Virus record (IMG/VR): IMGVR_UViG_3300027969_002350
Coordinates: 26,494 to 90,493 of that record
Origin: a virus
Reading direction: 5' to 3' (one strand)
DNA: 64,000 nucleotides
In this document: positions 54,133 to 64,000 of the stretch, piece by piece
Layout: the number at the start of each line of letters is the position of its first letter
Numbering within the stretch: the first letter of the stretch is position 1
The notes under the pieces: model-generated
Database searches by the model: none
The model's input: the letters and a program-made list of their open reading frames with translations, nothing else
What the model was told of the DNA's origin: nothing
Program-made: the position numbers and the translations under genes

Positions 54133-55170
54133 TTAAGGAGTTGTTACTGATCCAGAATAAAGTGGTTGAGTAATAGAGAACGTTGCACTACCACTAGATT
54201 TTGTAGTGGCCTTATTACTTTCAATGTGCAAAGTATGAACACCATTTACCGCAGAGGTATCGGCACTATGTAATACGACCCGAAGTATTAAGCTAACTGG
54301 ACCATTAATATAATTGCCATTTGTTGCAACAATTGATCCATATACTTTTATATTTTTAGTACTACAACCGTAACCGTAACCGTAACCATATCCGTAACCA
54401 TATCCGTAACTGTTATCATTGCAATGTCCATATCCGTAACCATATCCGTAACCGTAACCATATCCGTAACCATATCCGTAACCTCCACCGCCTTTACTGT
54501 TACAAGTTAACAATAATTGTTCAGTGGAGTTTAGATCCCTAAAACCTTTATTTTCACTGATAATGTTAGCAGTAGTTGATATTGTATTAGTTAATTTTAA
54601 ACTAACAACTCCAAATCTAGCATACAGAGATTGCCATAACGCAGATGCTCCAGAACCGGTGCCAGTTAAACTCAAATTGATACTACTATCACTGTTAAAG
54701 AAATAACGAGCTTTGTCGTAAGTATCAAACTGTAATGTTACTGTATAAGTTAAATTAGAATTCCAAACGGTGCTTCTAACTACAGAACCCAATGTAGATA
54801 ATGCTCGTTGTCCATTTGCTGAAGTATTATGCCTGTTATCAATATCAGTTGCTACAGTTTCTATATCATTCCAAATACTTGCTGTAATTTTTTGGCCAAT
54901 GATAACTCTATCTAATTCATAGACGCTTCCTGTGTGCTCTGCACCTAAATTAATTCTATCAATTAGTTCATTAACTAATGCCGCTGTGATTTTTGTTCCA
55001 GTGTTAGAAAAGTTGGCAGATAGATTCCCCCATCCATAGCCTTGTCTTATTTTATCATTTAAAACTGTTCTAGGAATACTACCAGTATAAATGTCAGCAA
55101 AAACTTTATTGGTGCTGTTAACCAACACATTATAGTCTTGCGACGTAATTAACTGACCTTTAGTTGCCAA
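54133..55170 (-). CDS. Putative virion structural protein with YG-repeat insert (TTG start)
   Basis: Ser/Thr/Gly-rich; GYGWG, ITA..WN, ARYFFN motifs; lies in the structural module. Confidence 0.7.
   Translation of the reverse strand: MATKGQLITSQDYNVLVNSTNKVFADIYTGSIPRTVLNDKIRQGYGWGNLSANFSNTGTKITAALVNELIDRINLGAEHTGSVYELDRVIIGQKITASIWNDIETVATDIDNRHNTSANGQRALSTLGSVVRSTVWNSNLTYTVTLQFDTYDKARYFFNSDSSINLSLTGTGSGASALWQSLYARFGVVSLKLTNTISTTANIISENKGFRDLNSTEQLLLTCNSKGGGGYGYGYGYGYGYGYGYGYGHCNDNSYGYGYGYGYGYGYGCSTKNIKVYGSIVATNGNYINGPVSLILRVVLHSADTSAVNGVHTLHIESNKATTKSSGSATFSITQPLYSGSVTTP
54367..54480 (-). repeat. Coding hexamer repeat (TAY GGW)n encoding (YG)9-HCNDNS-(YG)7
   Basis: Read directly from the sequence; codon pairs TACGGA/TATGGT/TACGGT. 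Confidence 0.95.
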
Positions 55171-55171
55171 T

Positions 55172-56113
55172 TTATCTTACTCCGACTGCAACTTCGACAG
55201 ATCCGACACCGTCACTAGTTTTGTCATTTAATGCTCTTCCAATAATGTTTATAGGATTATATTCGTCAGTGGCCATGCCCACGCCTTCGACTTCACTAGA
55301 AACAATGCGTTGGCCTTTACGTACTAGGCCTTTTACTAGACAAGGAACACGACCTTTAAGTGCCACAGGATAAGCATTTTCTTGCATTTTCATTTTGCTG
55401 TTTAGCAAGAAGCCAGGAGCTGTTGATATAATACCAAATACTTCTTCATCGTAGGCTTTAATTGTTTTAGTAATTTCCATTTCGCCACCGAGACGTACAA
55501 TGTTACCAGGAACAAGTTCTACGTCACTTCTATATATTTCTGCCATGTCAGCAAATTCTGCTTCCATAGCACGGCCACGAATTTTAAAATTACCATAATC
55601 AGCGCCGGTGCCATCAACACCGTCATTCATATTAATACCGCAACCAATTGTTGGGAATCTACTCTGTAGGCCAGTGTCTGCATGTGGTGTATAACTAGCG
55701 GCTTCACTGCTAATAATAGCAACAATAGTTCCTATAGTAGCGTTTAGTGTAGCACCTACATGTATTTTAATAGCATGATGGAATTGACCTGCAATATCTT
55801 TAATTAATGCTGTGCTAAAACCATCAACTGGACCTCCAATTAAATCTGTTCCACCAATTGGATTCCATTTATTGCCATCATAGATGCTGACAACTCGTTT
55901 ATTGCTATTCCACCAAAATTGTCCTACTATTGGATTTGTAGGCTCTACTGGATTGCTAAAATTTTCTAGCATTTGAACTAGGTTTTCTGCCATTATTTCG
56001 CCGTAAGCGGAATAATTTTTACCTAGCAACTTGATAGGAGTAGTTGTATCTACTGTCCTGTCTGCAACGATAGTTAATCGTGTGCCGTCTGTTTTTGTAA
56101 CATCATATGCCAT
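55172..56113 (-). CDS. Putative virion structural (baseplate/fibre-associated) protein
   Basis: N-terminal GKNYSAYGE..AENLV.MLENF..P.NP..GQ.WW; C-terminal ADMAE...VALKGRVPC domain of the kind seen in phage fibre proteins. Confidence 0.7.
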   Translation of the reverse strand: MAYDVTKTDGTRLTIVADRTVDTTTPIKLLGKNYSAYGEIMAENLVQMLENFSNPVEPTNPIVGQFWWNSNKRVVSIYDGNKWNPIGGTDLIGGPVDGFSTALIKDIAGQFHHAIKIHVGATLNATIGTIVAIISSEAASYTPHADTGLQSRFPTIGCGINMNDGVDGTGADYGNFKIRGRAMEAEFADMAEIYRSDVELVPGNIVRLGGEMEITKTIKAYDEEVFGIISTAPGFLLNSKMKMQENAYPVALKGRVPCLVKGLVRKGQRIVSSEVEGVGMATDEYNPINIIGRALNDKTSDGVGSVEVAVGVR

Positions 56114-56148
56114 TCTTCAAAATTCCTTTATTGTTATATTTACCTATT

Positions 56149-56760
56149 TTAATTTACTCTGATTCGTAAAGTATAGATAATTTGTATTACCCTGTTTGCT
56201 GATTTTTGCACTGGATCAAATACAATATGACTTAACAAATAACCAGTATTTTTACCGTTTCGCCCTTTACTTTTTAAACCCAATTCGTTGAAAATATAGT
56301 CACCATTTAACGCTTCGGGGTTACTAACTAAATTATTCTCACTAGATGAATTGGGTTCATTTTCTTCTAAGGTTAATGTTATAACTAAATCAGTATAGTT
56401 CAACCCAGAGGTATGTGTTACAATAACATTATTATTTGTAGGATCTGTATTATTACCACTGTCTACTTGATCAACTACTTTATAATATGTAGCATTATAT
56501 AATCCTGCTTCAATTCCGGTTGATAAGTTATCAGTTACATCATTATACGTTATGTTACCAGTTTCGTCAATAATAAGGCCGCCATTGCCTAAATGCATCT
56601 CATAAATATGACTGTCGTTATTACCTTGTAACATAGTTGCAATTATTAATGTCATAGTTTCTGGATTAATTGCATTGTGTTTGCTGACAAAGATTTCTTG
56701 GGTTTGTGGATCCCAAATTCTTACATGTCCGTCAATATTAATATTTGTCGAATCTATCAT
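56149..56760 (-). CDS. Putative virion structural protein
   Basis: GHVRIWDP, FNELGLKS, HIVFDPVQKSANRVIQIIYTLRI; TTAAATA and AGGA upstream. Confidence 0.65.
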   Translation of the reverse strand: MIDSTNINIDGHVRIWDPQTQEIFVSKHNAINPETMTLIIATMLQGNNDSHIYEMHLGNGGLIIDETGNITYNDVTDNLSTGIEAGLYNATYYKVVDQVDSGNNTDPTNNNVIVTHTSGLNYTDLVITLTLEENEPNSSSENNLVSNPEALNGDYIFNELGLKSKGRNGKNTGYLLSHIVFDPVQKSANRVIQIIYTLRIRVN

Positions 56761-56801
56761 TTTATTTCCTGTATACTGTATTTAACTAAATTTTTAACTA
56801 C

Positions 56802-59800
56802 TCAGTTAAAAACTATAGTATCTCCTGCTTGTTCTCCACCAAAACCTATTAAAATTTCTTCGTCGTCGATGTATAAAGTCTCATCAAAACCCAAACTTGT
56901 ATTTTCAATTAATTGTTTTGTAACTGTAGAACTACGTATTTTATCTCTGTAACTCTTAACACTAGAATAGAAACCAGTTAGTACCGATACATTATCTCGT
57001 TGTAATGTATTTGTTCCGCTTAATGTTTGTCCGATTAAATTAATCGGTTCGATAGTGCTAGATTTTTGCAACCAGTCTACATTGATTTGCTCGCTTAATA
57101 TGTATCTAAACATAGTACACGTTAATTTAGAATAGCTAGTTTCATAGGAATCAACAAAAACATTGTTACGGAATGCTTCCATTAAGGCATAAAATACATT
57201 ACATAAATCAAAATCCCAAGGAACATTAATTTGTTCCCATTTTGATCCATCCCATGTCCCTTTTGAATCAAACAACTCGTCGCTTAGTTTAATTGCACCT
57301 TTATTATTATCAGGATCTGCTTGTCTGAACACTAATTTATAGCCACCGTTAACGTCTTTTTCAAATATTGTATTATCATTCTTGACTTTAATATATGAAT
57401 TAGTTGTCACCGATAACGCATACATATCTGCTAATGATTGTACAGTTGCTGATATTTTTTTAGTAGAATCATAATCTTCACTTTGAAAATCTGTAAATGT
57501 CCAATAATTTTTAACATTAACAAGATCTCCAAACAATGGATATGCAGTTTGATTCAATATTTCATCCCAGTTTGTCAGTGAACTAATATCTATATTCAAT
57601 AACAATTGATTTGCTCGTTTAACAAATGTACGTCTAGCTTCGTAGATATTCTTAAACCAACTTTGTGGATTTGGTCGAATAGAATTTCCAAGTTGCGAAT
57701 ATCGGTGAAGTTTAATCATATCTGGAACATTTTTAGTAATATCAAATCTAAATGTAGTAGCATCAATCTCTTCTAAACAAACTACAGTCTGCCATTTTGA
57801 AGGTCTGAATTGGCCAATTGTCGTGTTTCTACAAACATAAAAATCTCCGTTATATTTTACAAAATCACTTTGACTATATAAGCGACTCGATGAATACGTT
57901 GTATAGTTTGCAGTAACCTTATAATGAATACCGCCAGCAATACTGTCGCGGAAGCGTGTGTGTATCCACTGCGGCATTGTTTCAGTTGTGTTTGCTTCTG
58001 ATACAAATAACCATTGTTGGTGCTTTTCTTCGCCTTTAAGTTTTTTCTTAATCTGTACGACCGTGCTACTATTGTTTAATAAATGTCCAACGCCTTTTAA
58101 CATAATACTATTTGAATTAATAGGAGCATACCACGATAAGCCGGCAGCACTTGGATTTAATAATATTTTACTTAATTGGCTAGTAGCATACACTCTAACG
58201 TTTTTGCTTTCTGCGCTAATAGTATTTTTATTCTTAACCCAGAAATAATAAACAGTATAAAGTTTACCGCTAACATAGTCTTGTTCTTCAACCCAGTGGC
58301 AATTATCTTTACCAGAACTAGAATCTAAATATGCTTCACCGCTGGCAACTTGTCCAAATGCTATTCCGTTAGTTTCTACTAATTTATTCCATTGTGTTGG
58401 ATGTACTGGGCTTTTTGTCCATTCATATATATCAGGTAGTGTGCCATCTACAGTTGTACCCCAATAGCGCGATCTAGATGTAACGTCGCCGCTTTCATAA
58501 TCATTGAATTGACAAGTACTAGTGTTCCACCAACGGCGGCCGAGATACTCTTCATACCAACCCTGACTTGCGTAAACGCTTTTAAATGCATCTGTTGTTC
58601 TAGTATATTTTGCAGGATCTACTCTGCCGATAACATCAATATCGTCTTTGAATACTTTTGGAAGATAGAGTTTACGGGGATCAAATAAATCTAACTTAGC
58701 CAATACTTTGTTGGCATTATAATCATATATCATTACATGTTCGATATCGCTGTGATCTAAAGGTAAAGAATCTGTTTTGATAATTGTTTTTGTAATAACG
58801 TTAGACTGCATCATTTTATAAACATTATAATTACCAAAGTCAAAACTAGTGTCGCCTGTGTTAGTTCCCAGGCTGTCGTCGATTATAGCAATAGGATACG
58901 AAGCATCGTATCCGCTAGTTGTAATAGGTAACGTAATTTCAGTTGTTCCTAACGCATTACTCAAAGGATTAAATTTCTTTTTCCAAGAATATCCTTTGGC
59001 GTCTGTTGCTAAATTTAGTTCACTGATATTTTTAAATCTTACAGGTTTGAATACAAACAGTTTACCCGTTTTTATAGTTTCAGTAATTCTAGTATCTATA
59101 TAAAATTTAAAGTTATCTTCGATAGATTCTATTTTCCATATACCATTAGCGTCAGCATTAGTGCCATTTGCATTAATAACTAATACATAATCTCCAACTT
59201 CGGCACGGTGTGCAATATTACAAGATATTCTAGCTTGACTAACATCAGTGAGCCCGGTACATACTTCGTTGATTGAAATATTTCTGTCAATGGTTTGTAA
59301 TACTTGCCAAGTACTAGGAGTAAACATACTATTACCCGACTTGCTTAGATTAGGATTTGTTTTATCATAATTTGAAACAAATATATTGGGCAAAAATGGT
59401 TCATCGACTGCTGAAAACTTGTCACTATTATTGATCCATGCATTGGGACTAACTGTAGTTAATGCATAATATAAGTATCCGTTGTATCTAACTAAATCGT
59501 ATTTTTTATATGACGACGTTATCGAATACGTGTTAATATTATATAACTCGGCAAAGTTTCCATATAAATTTGGCAAGTCGTCGAGGGTCGAGATACTATA
59601 ATTTGTATCGCCAGTAATTATAGGTCCGCTGGTTTTTAAATCGGTATAAGATCTGTCTAATTTTGTAAAACTAATATTCTTATTCTGTGGTTTATAAATC
59701 CATTTCTGTGACTTATGTGTAATATAATGAATGTTTGGATTTACCTTTTCATCATTTTTATTAATGAAACTAATGACCTGAGGATTTTTAGTAACATCAT

Positions 59801-62800
59801 CAGATGTTAATTCAAATTCATAGAATTCAATATTTTTAGTATTTCCAAATTCTCCAAGGCGTACCATATACTCTTCTAAAGGAGCAGTAGTATTACCATC
59901 ACTATGAGTCAATGGTTCTAATCCTGTAAATACTTGACTAGTGCCTTTCATATACGTAATAGAGTTTTTAAATAATACTTCAGAGTCGTCTTGTAAGAAA
60001 AGTTGTCGTAATTCAGGATTTCTGTTTAGTCCGAACTGTGCCCGACTTGCATCAAGCAATGTATTATCTTCGATTACATTTTCTATATCTAATAAATTTC
60101 TGCCGACTTCAGAGTATGTATCGTAGTTAGGAATAATAGAATTATCACTTACGACATAACCAGGAACAAAATATTTTCCATCCCATTCTTGACTCTTTTT
60201 GCCGCCAAGGACAAAACTGCGCTTAGTAGTACACTGATCCGGTAAGAAATAAATATCACCAAATACACTGGTCGAATCTAAATGTACCACTGATTCATAC
60301 GTAGCAAATGTTAATTTAATTCCATATACTGGATTATTTGTATTTTTAGATTTAATAATAATACCGCCGCCGCGTTCAACTAATAAATCTTTACTAAACA
60401 ATGGCTTATTTTTTCTATCAACACATTGTCCAACATTCTCATTTGTACCTTCTAAGTTTTCTAACTGGCCGTAGGCAGTAGATAAAACAATACCCGACGC
60501 CGCTGGATTTAAATCAATATAGTTGCCGGGTGCAATATTATCATTACTCCAGAATATAAACTGGCTGGCACTCATTTGCCAATTACGCAAATCATATGTT
60601 TCTACTTCTTCAAATTTAAATCCTTGTGCTTCTAAATATTTGCCGTAGCCAACAATAATATCATAAATTTGTTGCCGGCTCGTAAATTCTTGTCCGTATG
60701 TTACAGCAATTATATTAGATGTATAAACATTTTTTTCTTTAATTACTACTGAGCCTATAGTTTTTGGTGTAGTGGCGCTATTTGCCACTGGCTCAAAATA
60801 ATTAAGATAACCACGCTCATTAGCAAAACCATGAATAGAATATGCACTACCGTTCCATATAACTCTTAGAGCTGAATAAAAAATTTCTTTACTGGAATAA
60901 TGTTTAATTAGTCTAACCTGATAATTTTCTTCTGGTATAAACAATGTTTTACGTTGACTAGAAATACTAGTGCTTTCTATTCTAATATTATTTTTGTTAC
61001 TAAATCCATTTAACAAAAATTCTTTATTAACTGCTAAATTATTAAATTTGTCTATTACTGTTGATTTAAAATCTTTATTATTCAATGCACAGAATTCTGC
61101 AAATAAACTTTCGATACCGGCTGTATATTCTACATTGCCGTCGACAACTTGTCTATGATAATAATGCTCTATACTACCTTGAAGCCAAAACTCGCTTGTT
61201 TTGTCTAAATTAATTCCCCATGCATTTTTAATTGTTTGCCCAGGAACCCAATTTAAATTTACATATTTTGCAGGACTTGCTAAGAATTTTAATTTTGCTT
61301 CGGCTGCTAATCCACGTTGCGTATTTAAGAATACTGTTTCAAAAGGACCCTGATCACTTACAACCCAATCGCGATCTTTTTCTAATACACTAGCACCGAG
61401 CCATAATAAATTTAAAGGTGCAATTAATTTCCCATCAATATCTACTGGAAAGTCTTCATGATCATTTACATTACTAATTCTTGCAAAGAATGGATTAATT
61501 CTAGGTGCATCAGGTGTATTTCTATTACCCGTTCGTAACGATTTTTCTAATGCTGTTCGTTTAACAGGATCAGTCCAGCTATAATGTGTATCCCACCACA
61601 ATGGTTTTAATGTATATCCTAACATCTCCCATGGATGTGTGTGCGGACGGTCAGTATCATACAAATACTTGTAAATAGCTCTCCACGATCCTGTAGTAGA
61701 GTTTGCATCGTCACCCGAACCAATTTGATATATTAAAGTAAACGGATCTGATTCTTCATAATCAGAGTTAGCCATAATGAAAATATTATTTTCTGCCATC
61801 CATGTTAATACTTCACTGTTAACAACTGTACGTATTTCAGACCATGCATATCTGCCATTTCTAAAATATCCAGGCTGTTCTTCTAATAACTCGGCATTAC
61901 TATTATTCTCTACATCATATGCAATGTTGCCCCAAATAGCTTTTTCGTATTCAAACAACAACTGATCTATTATATTGATAGGATAGGTATCTACATCAAC
62001 ACCTTCGTTCAAATAATAACGTGTTCCGTCGTGTCTACATAAAAAATATTTTGTGCTTGCATAGCTAGTGTCGGCATATATCTCAGGACGGTAAACAGGG
62101 CTTAATCCGATTTTTGCTAAACTTGCAGGTATTTTAGAATTAAATTCTTCTACCCATTGTCTAATAGTTACTGTTGTTCCTGTAAATGATGGATCTAATA
62201 CTATGGAAGTATAATAACCATCTGATGAAGATAGTGTATAATCTATATTTCGCATTAGTAATCTATTATTAGCAACTATGTGCAATAGTGTTTCTTTGCC
62301 TGCTCGATGATTAATTAAATTCAATCCGTCATTGAGTGGGATTTCAAATACCGTAGATATTGTTATTGTTTTTTCAAAGTAATCTGTAGTATTTCCCCAA
62401 CCTAACATATTACTATGATACCAGAAATTTTCATTGTTAGTCTGATTTAAAAATATACGTTTGGTTGCCAAGTTTAAAATGTCTAGACTAGATATTATTG
62501 AAGTGTCGGTTGTATTAATAATTTGTTCTAGTTCGTAAATTAATTTACTTAAGAACATGTCATAGTGCTTGCCTTGCTTAATAATAATTTCACTAAAATC
62601 ATAGGGCAAATTAGTTGTTATAATTGCTGCCTTGACTAATGGATAATTATGCTTTAATAGGGTGCCGCCGCCCATACTAGAATTAATTAAACTAGAATCA
62701 TTTTGAGTTGTTTCTTTAGAATTAGATGCATTTGATTTTAAATTAATTACATGTTGATATAATGCATAATAATTAATAGTATCTAATTTAGAATTTAATG

Positions 62801-64000
62801 GATTTGTAGTTAAACTCAGTGGAGCAGTCCTACTAGTAGGAGCAGATAATACTGTATCTAAACAAATTTTATCTCCGTATAAAGATTTTTGATTTAATAT
62901 CGGAGACGATACAAGTTGTTGATAATAATTTAATGAGCCGTCACTATTTGTAATATCATTTATAGTGTAATCATACGACTCGTATATTGGATTTGTTTTA
63001 TCTCGAAGATATGCAAATTGAATAAATCTCCATTTATTTAAAGGACGAATAATTGCAGATTTTGTTACATTGTTTGCAACCCAAAATAATCTTGTTGTAT
63101 CTATATTTAATTTATTATCTATATATCCAGATCCTATGTCTATACTAGAAGATAAATCTAATTCAATTACTCCGTTGTTTATACCATTATTATAACAATA
63201 TGGCTCTTCTATCAACACCGGAGTTGATATATTGTTAATAATTTCTGTAGTATAAAAAGTTATTGGAAAAGGTAAATCGTGACAAATAATTTTAAAGATG
63301 TCTCCTGAAACTAGAGGTATAATTTGTTCTAATATATGAAAACCTCGTTTGCTAGAAAATCTAACTAAGCCGTGGCCTTCTATATTGTAATAGAATTTTA
63401 ATTTTTCCTTATCATCGTAGAATATATGTATAGTGTCAAATCCCATTGCCGTTGGAATCAATTTTCCCGACCATTGTACATCAGTATTATCATCATAAAA
63501 TAAATCCTGTGTTTGTCTAGTAATATCTAAACCTCGACGAGGTTGATAAAAAGATATAGGAGTTACAGAATTGAAATTATACCCGTAAGGTCCTTTTATA
63601 GCAACTTCTTCGCCTGTAGTTATATGATTATAATAAAATGTTTTATCAATATCTGTAGTAAACTTAATTTGATTTGGACTAACATTTAAGGAATTATTTT
63701 CATCTATCAAATCAAAATCAATATTACTGACTGTAATGTAACGTTCTAACGTATAATCAAATACGCTTCCTGGAGCAAAGTCTAATATCGTAGCTCCTTT
63801 GTAGTCACTTTCGTTAAAAGTTTCTAAATTAATATTGTCGCTAGTATAAAATTCAAATTTTGGTGATTGATTTTTTGTTGTTTTATTTTGTGCAAATTGC
63901 CAAATATCATTTTTAAATAAAACTTTATTATATCTAATATTCGAGTTCGCAACTACCAATGCTCCGTCACCCGAGACAACTGGGATACTAAGTGCAAAAG
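56802..64000 (-). CDS. Very large (>2390 aa) putative virion structural protein, 5'-truncated by the window edge
   Basis: Frame is open to the window end; YDTDRPHTHPWEMLG and YEWTKS motifs; next to structural genes. Confidence 0.75.
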   Translation of the reverse strand, partial: FALSIPVVSGDGALVVANSNIRYNKVLFKNDIWQFAQNKTTKNQSPKFEFYTSDNINLETFNESDYKGATILDFAPGSVFDYTLERYITVSNIDFDLIDENNSLNVSPNQIKFTTDIDKTFYYNHITTGEEVAIKGPYGYNFNSVTPISFYQPRRGLDITRQTQDLFYDDNTDVQWSGKLIPTAMGFDTIHIFYDDKEKLKFYYNIEGHGLVRFSSKRGFHILEQIIPLVSGDIFKIICHDLPFPITFYTTEIINNISTPVLIEEPYCYNNGINNGVIELDLSSSIDIGSGYIDNKLNIDTTRLFWVANNVTKSAIIRPLNKWRFIQFAYLRDKTNPIYESYDYTINDITNSDGSLNYYQQLVSSPILNQKSLYGDKICLDTVLSAPTSRTAPLSLTTNPLNSKLDTINYYALYQHVINLKSNASNSKETTQNDSSLINSSMGGGTLLKHNYPLVKAAIITTNLPYDFSEIIIKQGKHYDMFLSKLIYELEQIINTTDTSIISSLDILNLATKRIFLNQTNNENFWYHSNMLGWGNTTDYFEKTITISTVFEIPLNDGLNLINHRAGKETLLHIVANNRLLMRNIDYTLSSSDGYYTSIVLDPSFTGTTVTIRQWVEEFNSKIPASLAKIGLSPVYRPEIYADTSYASTKYFLCRHDGTRYYLNEGVDVDTYPINIIDQLLFEYEKAIWGNIAYDVENNSNAELLEEQPGYFRNGRYAWSEIRTVVNSEVLTWMAENNIFIMANSDYEESDPFTLIYQIGSGDDANSTTGSWRAIYKYLYDTDRPHTHPWEMLGYTLKPLWWDTHYSWTDPVKRTALEKSLRTGNRNTPDAPRINPFFARISNVNDHEDFPVDIDGKLIAPLNLLWLGASVLEKDRDWVVSDQGPFETVFLNTQRGLAAEAKLKFLASPAKYVNLNWVPGQTIKNAWGINLDKTSEFWLQGSIEHYYHRQVVDGNVEYTAGIESLFAEFCALNNKDFKSTVIDKFNNLAVNKEFLLNGFSNKNNIRIESTSISSQRKTLFIPEENYQVRLIKHYSSKEIFYSALRVIWNGSAYSIHGFANERGYLNYFEPVANSATTPKTIGSVVIKEKNVYTSNIIAVTYGQEFTSRQQIYDIIVGYGKYLEAQGFKFEEVETYDLRNWQMSASQFIFWSNDNIAPGNYIDLNPAASGIVLSTAYGQLENLEGTNENVGQCVDRKNKPLFSKDLLVERGGGIIIKSKNTNNPVYGIKLTFATYESVVHLDSTSVFGDIYFLPDQCTTKRSFVLGGKKSQEWDGKYFVPGYVVSDNSIIPNYDTYSEVGRNLLDIENVIEDNTLLDASRAQFGLNRNPELRQLFLQDDSEVLFKNSITYMKGTSQVFTGLEPLTHSDGNTTAPLEEYMVRLGEFGNTKNIEFYEFELTSDDVTKNPQVISFINKNDEKVNPNIHYITHKSQKWIYKPQNKNISFTKLDRSYTDLKTSGPIITGDTNYSISTLDDLPNLYGNFAELYNINTYSITSSYKKYDLVRYNGYLYYALTTVSPNAWINNSDKFSAVDEPFLPNIFVSNYDKTNPNLSKSGNSMFTPSTWQVLQTIDRNISINEVCTGLTDVSQARISCNIAHRAEVGDYVLVINANGTNADANGIWKIESIEDNFKFYIDTRITETIKTGKLFVFKPVRFKNISELNLATDAKGYSWKKKFNPLSNALGTTEITLPITTSGYDASYPIAIIDDSLGTNTGDTSFDFGNYNVYKMMQSNVITKTIIKTDSLPLDHSDIEHVMIYDYNANKVLAKLDLFDPRKLYLPKVFKDDIDVIGRVDPAKYTRTTDAFKSVYASQGWYEEYLGRRWWNTSTCQFNDYESGDVTSRSRYWGTTVDGTLPDIYEWTKSPVHPTQWNKLVETNGIAFGQVASGEAYLDSSSGKDNCHWVEEQDYVSGKLYTVYYFWVKNKNTISAESKNVRVYATSQLSKILLNPSAAGLSWYAPINSNSIMLKGVGHLLNNSSTVVQIKKKLKGEEKHQQWLFVSEANTTETMPQWIHTRFRDSIAGGIHYKVTANYTTYSSSRLYSQSDFVKYNGDFYVCRNTTIGQFRPSKWQTVVCLEEIDATTFRFDITKNVPDMIKLHRYSQLGNSIRPNPQSWFKNIYEARRTFVKRANQLLLNIDISSLTNWDEILNQTAYPLFGDLVNVKNYWTFTDFQSEDYDSTKKISATVQSLADMYALSVTTNSYIKVKNDNTIFEKDVNGGYKLVFRQADPDNNKGAIKLSDELFDSKGTWDGSKWEQINVPWDFDLCNVFYALMEAFRNNVFVDSYETSYSKLTCTMFRYILSEQINVDWLQKSSTIEPINLIGQTLSGTNTLQRDNVSVLTGFYSSVKSYRDKIRSSTVTKQLIENTSLGFDETLYIDDEEILIGFGGEQAGDTIVFN

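Noticed and set aside
1-64000. Stop-codon reassignment as in some jumbo phages
   Set aside because: Genes are full length and densely tiled under the standard code, including one of more than 2300 aa
1-64000. tRNA, rRNA, intron, intein or transposase
   Set aside because: Intergenic gaps are short, and no cloverleaf, intein, homing-endonuclease or transposase motif was recognised by eye; a covariance-model search would be needed to exclude them

Overview
This window is part of a large AT-rich tailed bacteriophage genome, probably myovirus/jumbo-type. The evidence is consensus sigma70 early promoters, T4-like TAAATA late-promoter motifs, thyX, a MoxR AAA+/VWA-peptidase pair and virion structural genes; it reads in the standard genetic code. 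(1) 1-4.9 kb: small genes, two 2OG-Fe(II) oxygenase-like genes and two radical SAM genes. (2) 4.9-10.1 kb: an early region of tiny genes, most driven by a copy of a repeated TTGACA-N17-TATAAT cassette that often overlaps the previous stop codon; it ends in AAA+ and VWA genes. (3) 11-13.2 kb: conserved hypothetical genes and thyX. (4) 13.2-54 kb: a ~41 kb enzyme supercluster, mostly on the minus strand and co-directional with the structural genes. It holds 13 of the window's 15 radical SAM genes, 6 SGNH-fold proteins, about 9 glycosyltransferase-like proteins in 3 families, a carbamoyltransferase, a methyltransferase, oxygenases, a nitroreductase, an SDR and a five-gene sugar-activation-like cassette. 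(5) 54-64 kb: virion structural genes, one carrying a Cys-flanked (YG)9-HCNDNS-(YG)7 insert. The leading candidate for an undescribed system is a late-expressed radical-SAM/glycosylation machinery that chemically decorates the virion, with the YG repeat as a possible substrate; this is inference and untested. Product calls come from motifs read by eye; no database search was run.
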